This document shows, piece by piece, positions 23,144 to 35,787 of a stretch of DNA of 64,000 bases. Made by a program: the position numbers and the translations under genes. The notes beneath the pieces are model-generated. The model was given only the letters and a program-made list of their open reading frames with translations, was not told where the DNA came from and did not search any database. The first letter of the stretch is position 1; each line of letters opens with the position of its first letter. This stretch comes from Hyaloraphidium curvatum SAG 235-1. Lineage: Eukaryota > Fungi > Monoblepharomycota. Where the stretch lies: NCBI GenBank assembly GCA_025558095.1, contig JAIVFI010000011.1:682001-746000 (forward strand), given 5' to 3'.

Positions 23144-24779
23144 AAACTCCAGGGCGGAGTAGGTCATTGCCTCTAGCTGAGCTTGAACGTTGATCCAGGC
23201 AGCAGTCTCGTGATGGGTCATGAAAACTGCATAAAGCTTCGTGACTGGATCGATCCACTGCAAAATCCGCATCAATGATGAAACGGAGTCCTCAAATGCA
23301 TAATAGCAGGAACCACCAACCATGTGTGTTGTCCATGCTCCACCCCACGAATATGTCCCCTTGCGGCATGGCCACCCAATGAAAGCTTCATCAACTATGA
23401 CAGATGAGCAGAGACCATATCCTTTGCCAAGAGCTTTGGGGCCTCCGGGAAAGTTGAACGGCATCGTTCCCAGGGGTGCATGGTCCATCGAAAAGAGCGC
23501 AACCGTGCGAGGAGACAGAATCCGGGCCCCGTTTAGCTTGCCACCATTGACCATCATCTGGCAAAACTTGGCATAGTCCGCAAGGGTGGAGAAGAGGCCG
23601 CCTCCACCAGAACAGAAAGGAGGTTCCGAGGGTGGAGGAAGGAACGGTCCTGCGATCTCACGTCGGACAAGCGGCGCATCGGGAAGCTTCATGCGGGTCC
23701 TTGGGTCCACGTCATGGCCGTAGAGCGGCATGAAACGGTCGAGCTTTTCGGGAGGGATGTGGAAAGCAGTGTCATTCTGCAATTCAAAGTCAGTGAGATG
23801 TTCAGTCATCACCGCAGCAGCAGGAAAGAACAAACCATGCCAAGGGGCTTGAAGAGCCTCTGTTCCAAGAACTGACCCAAGCTCTGCCCCGTGATTGCTT
23901 CGATGATGATTCCGAGGAGAGATGTGCTCTCGCCGTACCTGAAGGAGGAATCATTAGCTTCTGCGTGTGCCATGGAAGGACCACAGAACTCACTTCCATC
24001 TTGCTCCGGGCTGGAACGCAAGCGGGACCGCGCACAGGTCTGCGATCACATCCTTGCCCGTCTTTGGCCGTCCAAGCTCCTTGGCGCTCCTCTCCCTTTG
24101 CTTCACAAACATCGCATCCGTGGGTTCCAGCGCCATGTATCCGAAAGGGAGCCCGCTTGTGTGCGTGAGCAAATGGCGAATAGTGATGTCTGTCTTCAAA
24201 GGCTCCGTCACGAGCGAGGCGTCGGCCCCGGAAACGTAGACGCGCAGATCGGCAAGCTGGGGCATGACGTTCTTGGCCGGCGTGTTGATTGTGAGCCTGC
24301 CCTCTTCGACGAGGATCATCTGAAACGGTCGCAAGGTGGGTCAATGGTCGGCTTGCTTCCAAATTAGCCCCAGATCGGCGCCCACTATTGCGACGCCGAC
24401 GATTGGCTTCGTCATGCTCATGATCCGGAAGAGGGCGTCTTCACCCATCGCGATGCCTTGCTCCCGGTCCCGCATGCCGACGTGCTCTCGTAGAACATCC
24501 TCGCCGTCGCAGTTGAGGAGAAAGGACACGCCCGCAAACGTTCCGTCCTCGACGCGGGACTTGAGAAGGCCCCTCAGCTTGTCGAGCCGCGAAGCAGAGA
24601 AACGGGCGGCACCCGTCGGACCGGCGGCTGCGGCGGAATGGTTGAGAAGTGCACCCGACAGGAGCCGGTCTGCGGTGGGCTGCACCTGCGCGGCCAGCGG
24701 CCGAGGCCGGCACAGATCCGCCGACGGCCCCCACGGCCACCAATGCCGGAGAATCGGAACTGCCGGACGCGTCCGGCAT
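23138..24779 (-). CDS. Beta-lactamase-family serine hydrolase/esterase (EstB/LovD-like), spliced
   Basis: SxxK motif FRIMSMTKPI, LLTHTSGL, PLAFQPG, SGGGGLFST, YSWGGAWTT, WIDP. Confidence 0.88.
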
Positions 24780-25261
24780 CTCAGCGTTGTGCTTGCTCGC
24801 CAGAAGCAGATGGGATTCACGAGTTACGGGCAGGGGCACTTTTCAGAGAGATCAGAGAGTGGGAGACAAAGGGACAGGGCTGGTCGGCCAACCCGGCACT
24901 GTGGCTAATTCCCCGCCTCGGTTGCGACACCTCCCATTTTCCTGCCCGATCCGAAAGACCCTGCGCCAAGATCAAATGCTTTGATAGCGCTCGCCAGCTC
25001 CCGGTATGCCCTGCGAGCCTGGGAAGCTACCCATGGCTGACGGTATCTTGATCAAGCTTCCCCAGAAGTCCCGAAGCTCGCAGGACTGAAATTCTCTCGT
25101 CCTTGCGAGCCCGAAGCACATTCATTAGTTGGCACGAGTACGGATCGTTCGGGTGCGTGGGGGTGCAGCATGGTCTTAGGACTTGCGCGCGGCTTGCGGC
25201 CTTGCGGCCGGCGGCGGGGCTTCGGTTGATCACCCATCACCCTCGCGCGCGCTCTGGCGCG

Positions 25262-27884
25262 ATGAGGTTCGGGGAGGAACTGGCCGAGTTCAAATCCAAA
25301 TCTCCATACGCGGCATACTGCGGTGCGTCGCGAGGACGCGCTTCGGCGCGTGTCCCTCGACGCTGATGTTGCGCTGCACCTGTCGTTCTGGAAAATCGGC
25401 CGCATCGACCCCTCTACCCCCGGTTGGACAGTGGACTACGATGGCCTCAAGAAGGAAATCAAGGACGGAGAGGATCGCGGGGATTTTGGGGAGGAGAACG
25501 AGGCCATATTCCTCCGGAGGCTTGAGGACGAATTGGAGAAGGTTGGACCTGGCCGCGACGAGCCGAGCGGGATGAGGCACCAACGGCTTCCGTTGTGCGG
25601 CATTTCCAGGTCACGGGCTTTCACCAGATGAAGTCGGAGGAGCTCGAGCAACGGCTCACACACCTGGAGCTCCTGGTCGAGGACGCCGGCCAGGCGGACA
25701 AAGGCGCCGACAAAAACCGGCTAGATCGGATAGAGGAGGAGCTGGAACTATGCAGCGGTCTCCTGACGGCTCTCGATCGGTACACGAAGATGAACTACAC
25801 TGCCTTCCTTAAGGTGGCGGCCGTGGAGGCGTATCCGCTCTCGGACGCGATCTCATGGGTTTCGGCCCCAGATTTTGAAGAAGCACGACAAGCTGACCAA
25901 CTTTCAATTGCGGACCATGTTCATGATGGTGCGAGAGTGGTAGCGCCGCCGCCAAGTCCTTCTCTGATCCGTGTTTCTCGGCAGCGGATGGCTTATCGAC
26001 CGTTTTACGCGGTCAGCTTCGACGATCAGCTTCTTCTGCTGTCGAAGCTATACTCGGCGTTGAACAGCCTACGGAGCGGTTATCAATCCAGCTTGTCGGG
26101 CGGCGCGGTCGACGCGTCGATCCGGCGGAAACGAAAGTTCTGGGTTCATCCAGGTCTGTTCTGGTCCCCGTTGCGCCACCACCTCGTTGTTCCTGACTGT
26201 GCTGTGTGCAGACAACGTGACGGAGGTCAAGATCGAGATCCTGAAGCACCTCCCCGTGATCGTGTTTGCTCGGCAAAAGGCCGATTACGACCCCGGTGTC
26301 TCCTCCATTTACTTTGACAACGACGCCTTCGAATCGTACAAGGACCGCGTGATGGAGGCCCAGGAGTCGGAGCTCATCCGGGTCTCCTGGCCAGGGCAGC
26401 CGGGACAGGATCTTTCGGATTCCAAAGTGCGCGTGGAGCGGAAACGGAAGGGGCCCGGAGGCATCACAGAACGTTTCGAGCTCAAGGAGAAGTACCTCAA
26501 GGACTATCTGGCGGGGACGTGGACCATGGCTGCGAAGTTGGAAAAGAAGCGGAGCCGTGGCACCACCCCAGAAGGCGAGATTGCCGCCTTGGAAGAGCTC
26601 GCCAGCGGCATCCAACGGTCGGTGCTGGATCGGAAGCTGCGACCAGTTCTGGGCGTGTACTACAACCGTAAGGTGGCCACCACGGGCTGCGGGATCGGCG
26701 TGCTCACCTCGGGAATCCCAGGCACGGCGTTCCAACTGATCGGCGACGATACCATGTCCGTTTCGCTGGACACAGAAATCGCCTTTTTCCGGGAGGACAG
26801 TACTGGGGTGGACAGGACCGCCGGCGGTTGGCGCCGAGCCGACGTCACGGACCCTTATCCCTTCAAATCTCTTCCCAAGGATGAGTGCAACGTCTTCCCG
26901 TTTGCGGTGCTGGAGATCGACTACATCCTTCCTCCGGGCGTGGACGATCCGGCCTGGATGCAGAACTTGGTGCGGAGCGGCGCCGTGGAACCCGTGCCCC
27001 GCTTCTCCAAGTTTGTCCACGGGCTAGCGGTGCTGATGGAGGATGCCGTGCCACTGCTGCCGAATTGGCTGGTAAGGGGCCGAAAATGGGCACTGGTCGT
27101 TCGTCCCGCTGATGCTCCGCGTAGCCACAACTGGACAGGGACATCCGGAAGATGGCGTCGAGCCGGTCCCTCCAGCAGCTTCCCGAAGCTGATGTGGACG
27201 AAATTGACACTGCCGACGACGTCGACATCGTGGAGGACGCGGAGGAGGACGGCGAGGAAGATGGCGGCGAAGAGGTGGACGTGTACGAGGCCACTCCAGC
27301 GGCGGGCGGCCGGACAAGCGGTCCGACGCCGGGTGGCCCATCGGGTGCTGCGGAGGAAGGGAGAGTCGGATTGCTGGCAAAGCCGGGGCTGCGAAAGAAG
27401 CGTGTGGCGGTGCCCGTGCGGGTCGAGCCCAAAGTGTTCTTTGCCAACGAGCGGACGCTACTCTCGTGGCTCAGATTCGTGGGTGCTCTCGACGCGGCGC
27501 CTGCATCCGCATCTCTTGACGTCATCTGCCATTCAGACAATCGTTCTCGGCGGTCTTGCGATCGGTATGCTCAACTTCAGCGATAGAGTTGGGCAGGTCA
27601 CTGGTGAGTCAGCGCAATCCCCAGCACCACGCTACGCCTGACGTCGTCCCTCAGGCGCCCTATTTTCCATCGTTGCCATGGGCATAATGCTCTATTCCTT
27701 TGCTCTCTATGTGTGGCGGACGCGGATGATCGAAATCCGCTACGCGGGACCGTACGACGACCGGATAGGGCCCATCGTAGTTGTGGTCGCCCTGTTCACG
27801 TGCGTGCTCGTGAACTTGTGGCTGCGGTTCGACGGGGGCATCCAGGGGGTGCTCAAGCTGTTCTATCCTGATGGAGAGCTCTGA
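25262..27884 (+). CDS. Vacuolar transporter chaperone subunit (SPX + VTC + DUF202 transmembrane; VTC2/3/4 family)
   Basis: [81 protein letters not shown]. Confidence 0.9.
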
Positions 27885-27952
27885 CATGGACGATGGAGCG
27901 TTGTTGGGGTGTTGATTCAATCTACTTTTTCTCCCTTTGTCCCCCAGAGCGA

Positions 27953-28804
27953 TCATGCCTTCTTCTCCTCCGTGCCCTCGTTCATCTTGTACCAAACAAA
28001 CGCAACGATGATAAGAATGGGGATGACAAGACGCAGCATGCTGCAAACAGGGTATCGTTCCAGGGCAGAGAAACGGCGCGGGTGGGGGCGAGACGTCAGG
28101 CGGAGGAGGAAGCGGTTCGCAACCGCAGGCATCGGCGCATCAGAGGAGGACGCATTTGCTTCGTGGTCAACGAGCGTCCTTCGTCACACACGGTGCGGCC
28201 GCCGGTCCGGCTGATCAACTCACGAAGCGGTGTCCTGTTTCGGCGTCGGCATGGCCGAGGGGGTCACGTGCGCCTTGCTCTTCTTTGCCGGCTTGGCCTC
28301 CTGTCGATGCGGGGCCCGCATCGTCAGGAACTTGGCCGGCGCAACGGACGGGAGACACTCGGGGGATCACCACCCACCGTGTCCGAAATGTTGCCGATGT
28401 ACCACTTCTTCAGGAGATTCCGGGCATCATCCGAGTGCCCAATCTCCTCGAATGCCTCGGTGGCATCCTGGCCTGGAATGTCGGGCGGGGTCAGGGCCCG
28501 CGGGGCGGGCGGAGGGAGAAGGGGAACGAACCGGCCTGTTCCAAAAGCACCTCCTCACCGCCAGGGTGCTGGAGAGTTGGAACGCATCCGATGAGCCCAA
28601 TTTCGACGGGAAGAAGCGCGAATCCTGGGTACCTCGTCCAGGAACTTGGTGACGTCTGAACGGGTCGGGGATCAGCACACCGAGAATCGAATAATGTGGC
28701 CGCCGAGGCCCACCGAAGACGCGTCCGTCGATCGCGACCCAGATGTCGGACCGCTTGTTGTGCTTCTCCAGGTCCGCCCACGTGTAGACCTTCTGGTCGG
28801 CCAT
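27953..28804 (-). CDS. CYB5: Cytochrome b5 with C-terminal membrane anchor
   Basis: [50 protein letters not shown]; last exon LVIPILIIVAFVWYK. Confidence 0.93.
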
Positions 28805-29288
28805 GGCTGCGGCGGCAAATCCGCGGGGGTCGGCGGGAACGGGCGAGGGCGGCGCGGCGCCGGCGGATCGCGTGGAAATGCGGCGGGAGACGGTTCCGCG
28901 GCGGCGGCGACGCGTGCCGCGGCGTAGGCGGGGGACCGCACGGCGGGGCGGAGTGTGGGGGCGAAACGCGCGGTGAGCGGCCCGCCCGGCGAGGGAGCGC
29001 AACGGCCGCGGCGGCGCGAACCTGCTCGGCTTGACGATGGCTGGACACGGAGATGGAGACGGAATCCAGACGTGCGGAGGTGCGCCGACCAGTGAGTCAA
29101 AAGCGAGTGAGAAGACGGTGAGAAGACGGTCTCGCCCCCGAAACGATGATCGCCCGCTCCGTTGCCGGTCCGAGCGCCACATCATATGCAGCCAACGAAG
29201 ATCGGTATTCGGTATGACATCAAGAGCAATAAACTACGGCCGCTGCCATGCCGGCCCCGACGAGATCGAGCGCAGCCCGCACCGCCGG

Positions 29289-30685
29289 CTACGGTTCAAG
29301 CGGTGTCCGGAGCGTGGCCGATGTCGGCGCCCGCTGCAGCCCGTTGACCGAGCTGTGCACATCCACGACTTCCGCCGCGCTGACCCCGGACACTGCGGAA
29401 CGGGACCGTCAGTGGAATGTTTTGCGGCCGCGGTGACGATCGTCTCCCACCTAGCTTCGACAGACCCTGCCCAAAGTTCGTGAGGCAGACGACGAGCGTC
29501 GCCAGCGTCAGACAGAGGAAAAAGAGGGATATCGATGCTGCAGAGAGCGGATGTCAGGGGGACTTGAAGGAGAGCAGCACACACCAACGCACCGAAGAAT
29601 GTCAGGTACTTCCAGGTGTACTCGAACCGCGCGTACTGCGACGGGCTCAGCACCTGCACGAGCTGGAAAACAAAGTAGGCGACGCAGAGGAGGATGGCGA
29701 CGAAGAAAGTGACGGCCACGACGAGGTCCTCCTTGCGCACGCCCCAGATGCCCAGCATGACGATGCCGAGGAAGACGGGCATGGCAAAGACGGTCGCCCA
29801 GAACTCGGGCTCGTTGGGGGCGACCTGCAGGATGACGTACTGCACGGCGTAGGCCAGCCCGAAGAAGACGTCGAACTTGAGGCACACCAGGAGGACCTCG
29901 TACCAGCGGTACATGTCTGGAGCGAGGAGTTGGGTGATGAAACAGAATCGAGGCAGCCGAGGGGCAGTTGGGGAGAGCCGAAACCCGTCAGGGGAGCAGG
30001 AGGAACGGCGGCCCAGCGAACCCACTCCGCATCCTCGGCTCCGGCCCAATCTTCTTGTACACCTTCCAGCTGAACTCCTGGTACAGCTTGTAGGCGAAAA
30101 AGACGTACAGAACGCAGAAGATGCCGATGACGATGGGGATGATGTAGAGCGCGGGCCGGATCGACTGCAGCGCGCCCTCGTCCGTCACGTCCGCCATGAG
30201 CAGCGGGTCGTCCAGCAGCGCGGCGACCTGGAAGTACTGGAACACGGCGTACCCGAGGCACACGAAGTTGAACAGCACGAAGCCGGCGATCTGCACGGTG
30301 TTGCGGTTCCATATCTGGCCACGGGCTGGGATGAGCTCCGGCGAGCGCTGCAGGGCGGCGCTACCCACGGCATCGGCACCGAATCCCGCCTGGTACAGCT
30401 GCGACACGCAGAACACGATGAGGTACGTCGGCGTGCCGCGCGCGGGCGTGTCAGCGACGAGGTCCGCGTTGCGCAGGAACAGCGCGGTCGTCGCGGCGGC
30501 GAGCGTGACGGTGACGACGGCCTGCACGACGGCGCACAGCAGCATGAGCCGCCCGTACGTCGACGTGGGAAACGGCTGCCGACGTGTGAAATTGGGGTGC
30601 GAAGGGGCGCGAAGGGCGGGGCGGGCGGCGCGCGGGAGACGTCAGGGCGGCCCCGGCGGGCGTGCGCGGCGCCGCGCACCCGCAT
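29289..30685 (-). CDS. Multi-pass membrane protein (UPF0658-like), spliced
   Basis: Several hydrophobic helices; RNTVQIAG, LYQEFSWKVYKKIG, LKFDVFF, NFGQGL. Confidence 0.7.
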
Positions 30686-31259
30686 GGTCTCGAAACGAAG
30701 CGTTTGATGGGCCGCGCAGGATTACATGCCGGGTCGGCAGGCGCCGGCAGCTTTCGCTATGGCGGTTGGAACGAACCCTGCTGCGGCGTCGGCAACACGG
30801 GGGACGATGTCATCACCTCAAACGCTCGTCCTCCCCTCGAGCCCAGCCTGCGCCCTCTATCGCCACTGCAAAGTCATCTTCATTCATTCTCAAGTCACCC
30901 TGACTGCTTTCCGAGACAGACCAGATGCTCTGCAGCCCGCGTGGTGGTGCGATGCATACCGATCATCCTTTCTTTGCCGATGGAGCTGTGCAGGCCAGGC
31001 CCTGCGAGCTTCAGACACGACTCGAGAGACGTCCACGCTTACTGATGGCCAGTCTTTCAAGCTGGCGATCTTGTGAGGCGGTCAATCTCCCCGCCGCCGT
31101 GTAATTTGTCGATCCCGGTCGTGTGATCAGCTAGCGGGACAGCGGGAGGCATTCCGAAAAGAAACCTTCATTCCTCGGCTTCGGCACGCCCTTCCTCTGC
31201 TTCGACACCATCGCATCGCTTGCGGCACCGCTCTACTGGAGGACTTGCGCTCGCGGGCG

Positions 31260-31919
31260 ATGGAGACGCTCGAGGACGCCACGCCCGCCGGCGGCCGCAG
31301 CCGCGTCGCGATCTCCGAGCAGCCGATATCGTCGGCGTCCGTGGCCGACGCCGTGCGCGACGACGCATGCGGCGCCATCTCGCTCTTCGAGGGCACCACG
31401 CGCGACACGTTCGGCGGCCGCCGCGTGCTCCGCCTCGAGTACGAGGCGTACGTGCCGATGGCGCTCAAGGAGATGATGAAACTGTGCAGCGAGGCGCGCG
31501 AAAGGTGGCCGGAGCTGGTGCACGTCGCGGTAGATCACCGCATCGGCGTGGTGCCCGTCAGGGAGCCGTCGGTGGTGATCGCCGTGTCGAGCCCGCACCG
31601 GAGGGATGCAATCGCCGCGTGCGAGTGGCTCATCGACGAGCTCAAGGCCCGCGTGCCCATATGGAAGAAAGAGTGGTACGAAGGCGAAGATAGCGCATGG
31701 AAGGTCTGTGGGGTGCTTTGCGGGCAGGGCGAAGGCGATCTCATGCCTTTGTGGCCATCCCAGATGAATGCCGAGTGCGTGGGCTGCAGTACTCGGAGAC
31801 CGGAGCGAGCAAACGGGCACGGACACGGCCATGGCCATTCGCACGAGCCGGGCCATCACCACCATCACCCCGGGGGCGATGCGGCCGTGGCGGACCACGC
31901 TGCCAACGCCGGCGCGTGA
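31260..31919 (+). CDS. MOCS2: Molybdopterin synthase catalytic subunit (MoaE/MOCS2B) with His-rich tail
   Basis: CGAISLFEGTTRD, LEYEAYVPMA, HRIGVVPV, SSPHR, IDELKARVPIWKKE. Confidence 0.93.
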   Translation: METLEDATPAGGRSRVAISEQPISSASVADAVRDDACGAISLFEGTTRDTFGGRRVLRLEYEAYVPMALKEMMKLCSEARERWPELVHVAVDHRIGVVPVREPSVVIAVSSPHRRDAIAACEWLIDELKARVPIWKKEWYEGEDSAWKVCGVLCGQGEGDLMPLWPSQMNAECVGCSTRRPERANGHGHGHGHSHEPGHHHHHPGGDAAVADHAANAGA

Positions 31920-31944
31920 AAACTCTCTCTAGGGGACCCGGGCT

Positions 31945-33421
31945 CTATTCGAACCGCGCGCGCAGGGCCACCAGCTCCTCGTGCCACCGCACGTAGCGCT
32001 CCTGGAGGCGGTCGAGCTGGTCCAAGTCGTCGCGGAACTCGTTCCGGAGCCTCAGCTCCACATCCAACGACATTCTCCCTTCGGGTTCCGCGGCCAGCCG
32101 CTCCTTGCGGCGCCGGTCGAACTTGGAACGGAACCCGTCGATGCGGGCCCGCAGGTCCGCCAGCTCGCGGTGCCGGCGTTCGTAGAGCGCCGATGCTTCT
32201 TTGTACTCTTCCTCGGTCGTGACGGGCGGTTGTGCGGGTGCGCTGGCTGGTGGGGAAGCTCGAGCTGCGGCGCAAATGTCAGCACGAGGAAAAAGATGGA
32301 GCGCGGCGAGCATTGAACCAACATGGAGACCGTCTGCTCCGATCCCGACGATCGCGGCTCCGGCTGCGGCTCCGGCTACGGGTCCTCGAGCGGGCCCTGG
32401 TCCTCCGATCCCGATCCCGATCCCGCTCCCTCGAGCTCGCGCGATCCCGATCCCGGTCGCGGCGGTCGCGATCCCGGTCCCGATCGCGTTCGCGGTCCCT
32501 GCCACGGTACGAATCCGTCGCTTTGGACGGGTAGCCCGGCGACCGGTCCCCGCGCTGCGCGCCGTCCGACGCCGCGGGCGAAGCCACCGACTCGGGACCC
32601 TTGGTCGACGCGGCCCTCTTAAACTTGGGCAGCCTGGGCGCCGAGTCCTTGGGCTGCTCCGAGGGCGGCGTGTCCGGGCCGCCGGAATCGGTGCCCGACT
32701 GCGCCTCCAGGCGCGGGCGCTTGGCGCGGTCCGAGTCGGGCGGGGTGGCGGAGGACTCGCGCTTGAGCGAGCCGTCCGGTGTCCGGCCGCCGGCGTCAGA
32801 TGCCGCACGTTTGGCCGGCGCCGCAGCGTTCCCGTCCGGCTTCCCACCCTTGCCCGCCGGCGTCGCGCCGCGTTCCTTGCGCCCGCCGACTTCCGCGGGC
32901 GTCGCACTCCTCCTTTTACGCCCCTCCGCGTCCGAAGGCGGCGCGCTGCCCTCCTTCCTGCGGCTCCCGGCCTTGGCCGCGGGGGACACGGAGCGCCTCC
33001 CCCGGTCCGAAGCAACGGCCAGCTTCCCATCCTCGATGGGCAGCGGCTCCTTTGCCACCTTTATCCGATGGACCAGCTGGCCCAGCAGGTGCATCTCGGG
33101 CGGGACCGAGGGCTTGCCCCCGGCCAGGCCGTACAGCACGGGCACGGAATCCTCCTCCCTCTGCCGCTTGAACGCGTACGACCGATCGCCGACCCGCAGG
33201 ACCTGCCCATCGATCGATCAGCACTCAGATTATTGGGACGGTTCGGCGAATGCGCCCACGTTGTCGTCCGGGTCGGCGCCGAAGCGCAGCGACATTGCGG
33301 GCGCGTCGGCCGCGTCGAGCAGCTCCGCGAGCGCCTCCGGCAGCCGCACGCGCGCGACCGGGATGCGGCCCGGCGGCGCACCGTCGGGCGGCCGCGGAAG
33401 CAGCCGCACGGACGCCGCCAT
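31945..33421 (-). CDS. ELL/occludin-domain protein (Pol II elongation factor ELL-like) with RD/RS-rich linker
   Basis: C-terminal PPVTTEEEYKEASALYERRHRELADL...RYVRWHEELVALRARF; RDRDRD and RSRSRS tracts. Confidence 0.6.
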
Positions 33422-33491
33422 CGCTCCGAGGGACGAGGTCGGGCGGGCGTGACCGCGGCGATCCCTTCACGCATCATCAGCGCTTCGCGCC

Positions 33492-33788
33492 ATGGCTAGC
33501 CTGAGCCCCGAGTGCACCGGCCTGAAGAAGGAGTACGACGACTGCTTCAACAAGTGGTACGCGGACAAGTTCCTGCGCGGCGATGTGGCCAGCAACGACT
33601 GCAAGGACCTGTTCGACCGCTACCGCGCTTGCGTATGGGTGGGTTCCTCCCCGGCACCTCCAGACCCCGCTGACAGACGTGCCGCTCCGTGAAAGAATGC
33701 GGTGAGGGAAAAGAAGCTGGACACGGTCATCGAGGAGGCCCGGAACGAGGCGCCGTTCGCGGACAAGCCCGCCGGAGACAAGGCCTGA
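33492..33788 (+). CDS. MDM35: Mitochondrial intermembrane-space twin-Cx9C protein Mdm35/TRIAP1
   Basis: [30 protein letters not shown]...[12 protein letters not shown]. Confidence 0.95.
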
Positions 33789-33886
33789 AGTGAACGCGCC
33801 ATCGCCGACAAGCGGAGGCACCTTGGCTTCATCGGACCACAGATCTGGCATTTCTGGCTCTATTCTCTTTGTCCACGGACATGGGT

Positions 33887-35098
33887 TCAGCGTTTGATGA
33901 GGCCGTGCTGGTGTGGAAGGCGGGGTCAGCAGGAGAAGGAGATGACCGCGCCGGAACGCGTCGGACGGACCCACGGCTTCGGCTGCCCCGGCGAGCGACC
34001 TGGCGACGAACCCGAGGACGCTCTCGACCTCGCTGCGGAGGCTTCCCAGCGCCTCGACGTCGGCCAGGCGCCTGTCGAGGAACGCTTTGGTCTCCGCGCG
34101 GCCCGGGGACTTGTCCTCGACCATGAAGAGCTCTTAAGGATGAACATGGATGGTATGGTTGGCTTGCGCACGGTGGAATGGAGAGAGACGGGTTGCCTAC
34201 CGGTAGAGGAATAGACGGCTCCCAGCATCGCGCTTTTCGTGTACCACGAGACCTGTCGGCGAGCCGGCGCCAGAATAAGCAGCGGATCAAAGGCAGAGCT
34301 CGCTTGGAATGTGCTCACGTCGTTGGCTTGGTCTCCCGCAAAGTTCCAGATGACGTTGGCAAGGTTGGCAAGGTGGAGCGAGGCAGAAAGGACGTTGCCC
34401 GGAAGAACGAGCAGCGCGATGGCCTAGCAGAAGCGAGCAACGAGATGAATCAGGGCAATTCGGTGCGGACGCGATCGGCCAATGCCCACCTCGTGCCATG
34501 TCTCTGCGTAAGGCATGGTCTTTTCAAGGCGGGTCACGCACCCCAGCCTGATCTTCTGGGTGGTTCCCATCCTGTCCGCGAGCTTCAAATCAGTCCCCGT
34601 TCGTCTTCCGGCGCGTCGGGCAGGTACAGACTTTGACACGTCCATCCCCGACATCTCCCTCCCCGCCTCGTCCAGCGCCGTCGCCAAAAAGTACTCCACG
34701 AGCTGCACCGGGCCCCTCGGGAACAGCCCGCTCGCCGAGACGGTCGGAAGCCCCGTTTCCGCGGCTCCGTGCCTCAGCGCCGCGTCGGACCAGCCGAGCC
34801 GGGGGACGGCGAGGAGGGCGGCGCGGAGGATGGGGGTGGTGGGGTCCGAGGGGAGGTCTTGCGGGGCAGATGAATGCGAAGATGGTGTTGGAGGGTTCTC
34901 CGGGGCGGAATCGGAGAACGAGGGAGGAGGGACGGTGGAGAAGAGGCGCGGTCGCGTCGAGGCACGGAGCCGTCCATCGCGGGGCCGCGGGGCCGATTCC
35001 GCCCCGGCGATCGATCGCAGAGCATTTGTCCGAGGTTGAAGCAGGAGAACGAGGTCTGACGGAAGCCCCCTGCGCGCGTGGAAGCGCGCGGCGATCAT
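33887..35098 (-). CDS. COQ9: Ubiquinone biosynthesis protein COQ9
   Basis: ILRAALLAVPRLGWS, GLFPRGPVQLV, DVIWNFAGD, SWYTKSAML, DKSPGRAETKAFLDRRL. Confidence 0.88.
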
Positions 35099-35153
35099 GT
35101 TGTCGTTGGCGTCGCGCGACGGTTTCATAGCTCCGCGCAAACACCACTTCGAG

Positions 35154-35787
35154 ATGGGGAAGAAGAAGGACAAGGACCCTTCTGCGACCGTGCAGCACAA
35201 GGAGGCATTCATGCGGATGAACCACCTGTACCAGGCCGCGGTCCTGATGACCGGAATGGCGCGGGCGGCGGCGGCACCGGGGGCGGATGCGGCCTCGGAC
35301 CCGAAACCCGCGGAGAAGGCCAAGGAGGCGGCGCAGGACCAGTCGATGGTCAATCTGGGGTCGTACTACGCGCACTTGATGAGGACTGTGGGGAAGAAGC
35401 TCGTGATTCGGGCGTGAGTGGCGGCGGCACGCGTTGCCTGTCAACGTATGGAGGCGGTCCTCACCTTCGGGGCCCTCCAGTGACCCTTCGGTGAAACGGA
35501 CCATCTGCAAGTACTGCGATGCTGTGCTGCTGCCTGGAATAGGCGCCGATGTCCGGACGAAGTGTGCGTGCTGCGAGCTTTGGTCCCCTCTCCCGGTCCC
35601 GTCATCTGACATTGACTCGACAGCCAAACCGAACAAGCGGACTTCGATACGCTGCCGACGCTGCGGACGTGCGCGGTCTCTTGTGCACGCCGACCCCGAC
35701 TACGTTCCATTTTCGGTCCGCGCGGCGAGGAAGCCGGAGGATGCTGCGGCCCAGGACTCCGAGACCAAGGGCGTGATGGGAATTTGA
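35154..35787 (+). CDS. RPR2: RNase P subunit Rpr2/Rpp21
   Basis: RMNHLYQAA, DPSVKRTICKYCDAVLLPG, IRCRRCGRAR. Confidence 0.88.

Noticed and set aside
28136-28195. SECIS element or selenoprotein
   Set aside because: Intronic position, no clear apical AA motif, and no in-frame TGA needed in the nearby genes
30700-31255. MOCS2A/MoaD upstream ORF or snRNA (Sm-like AATTTGT near 31103)
   Set aside because: No ubiquitin-like ORF ending in GG and no recognisable U1/U2/U4/U5 sequence
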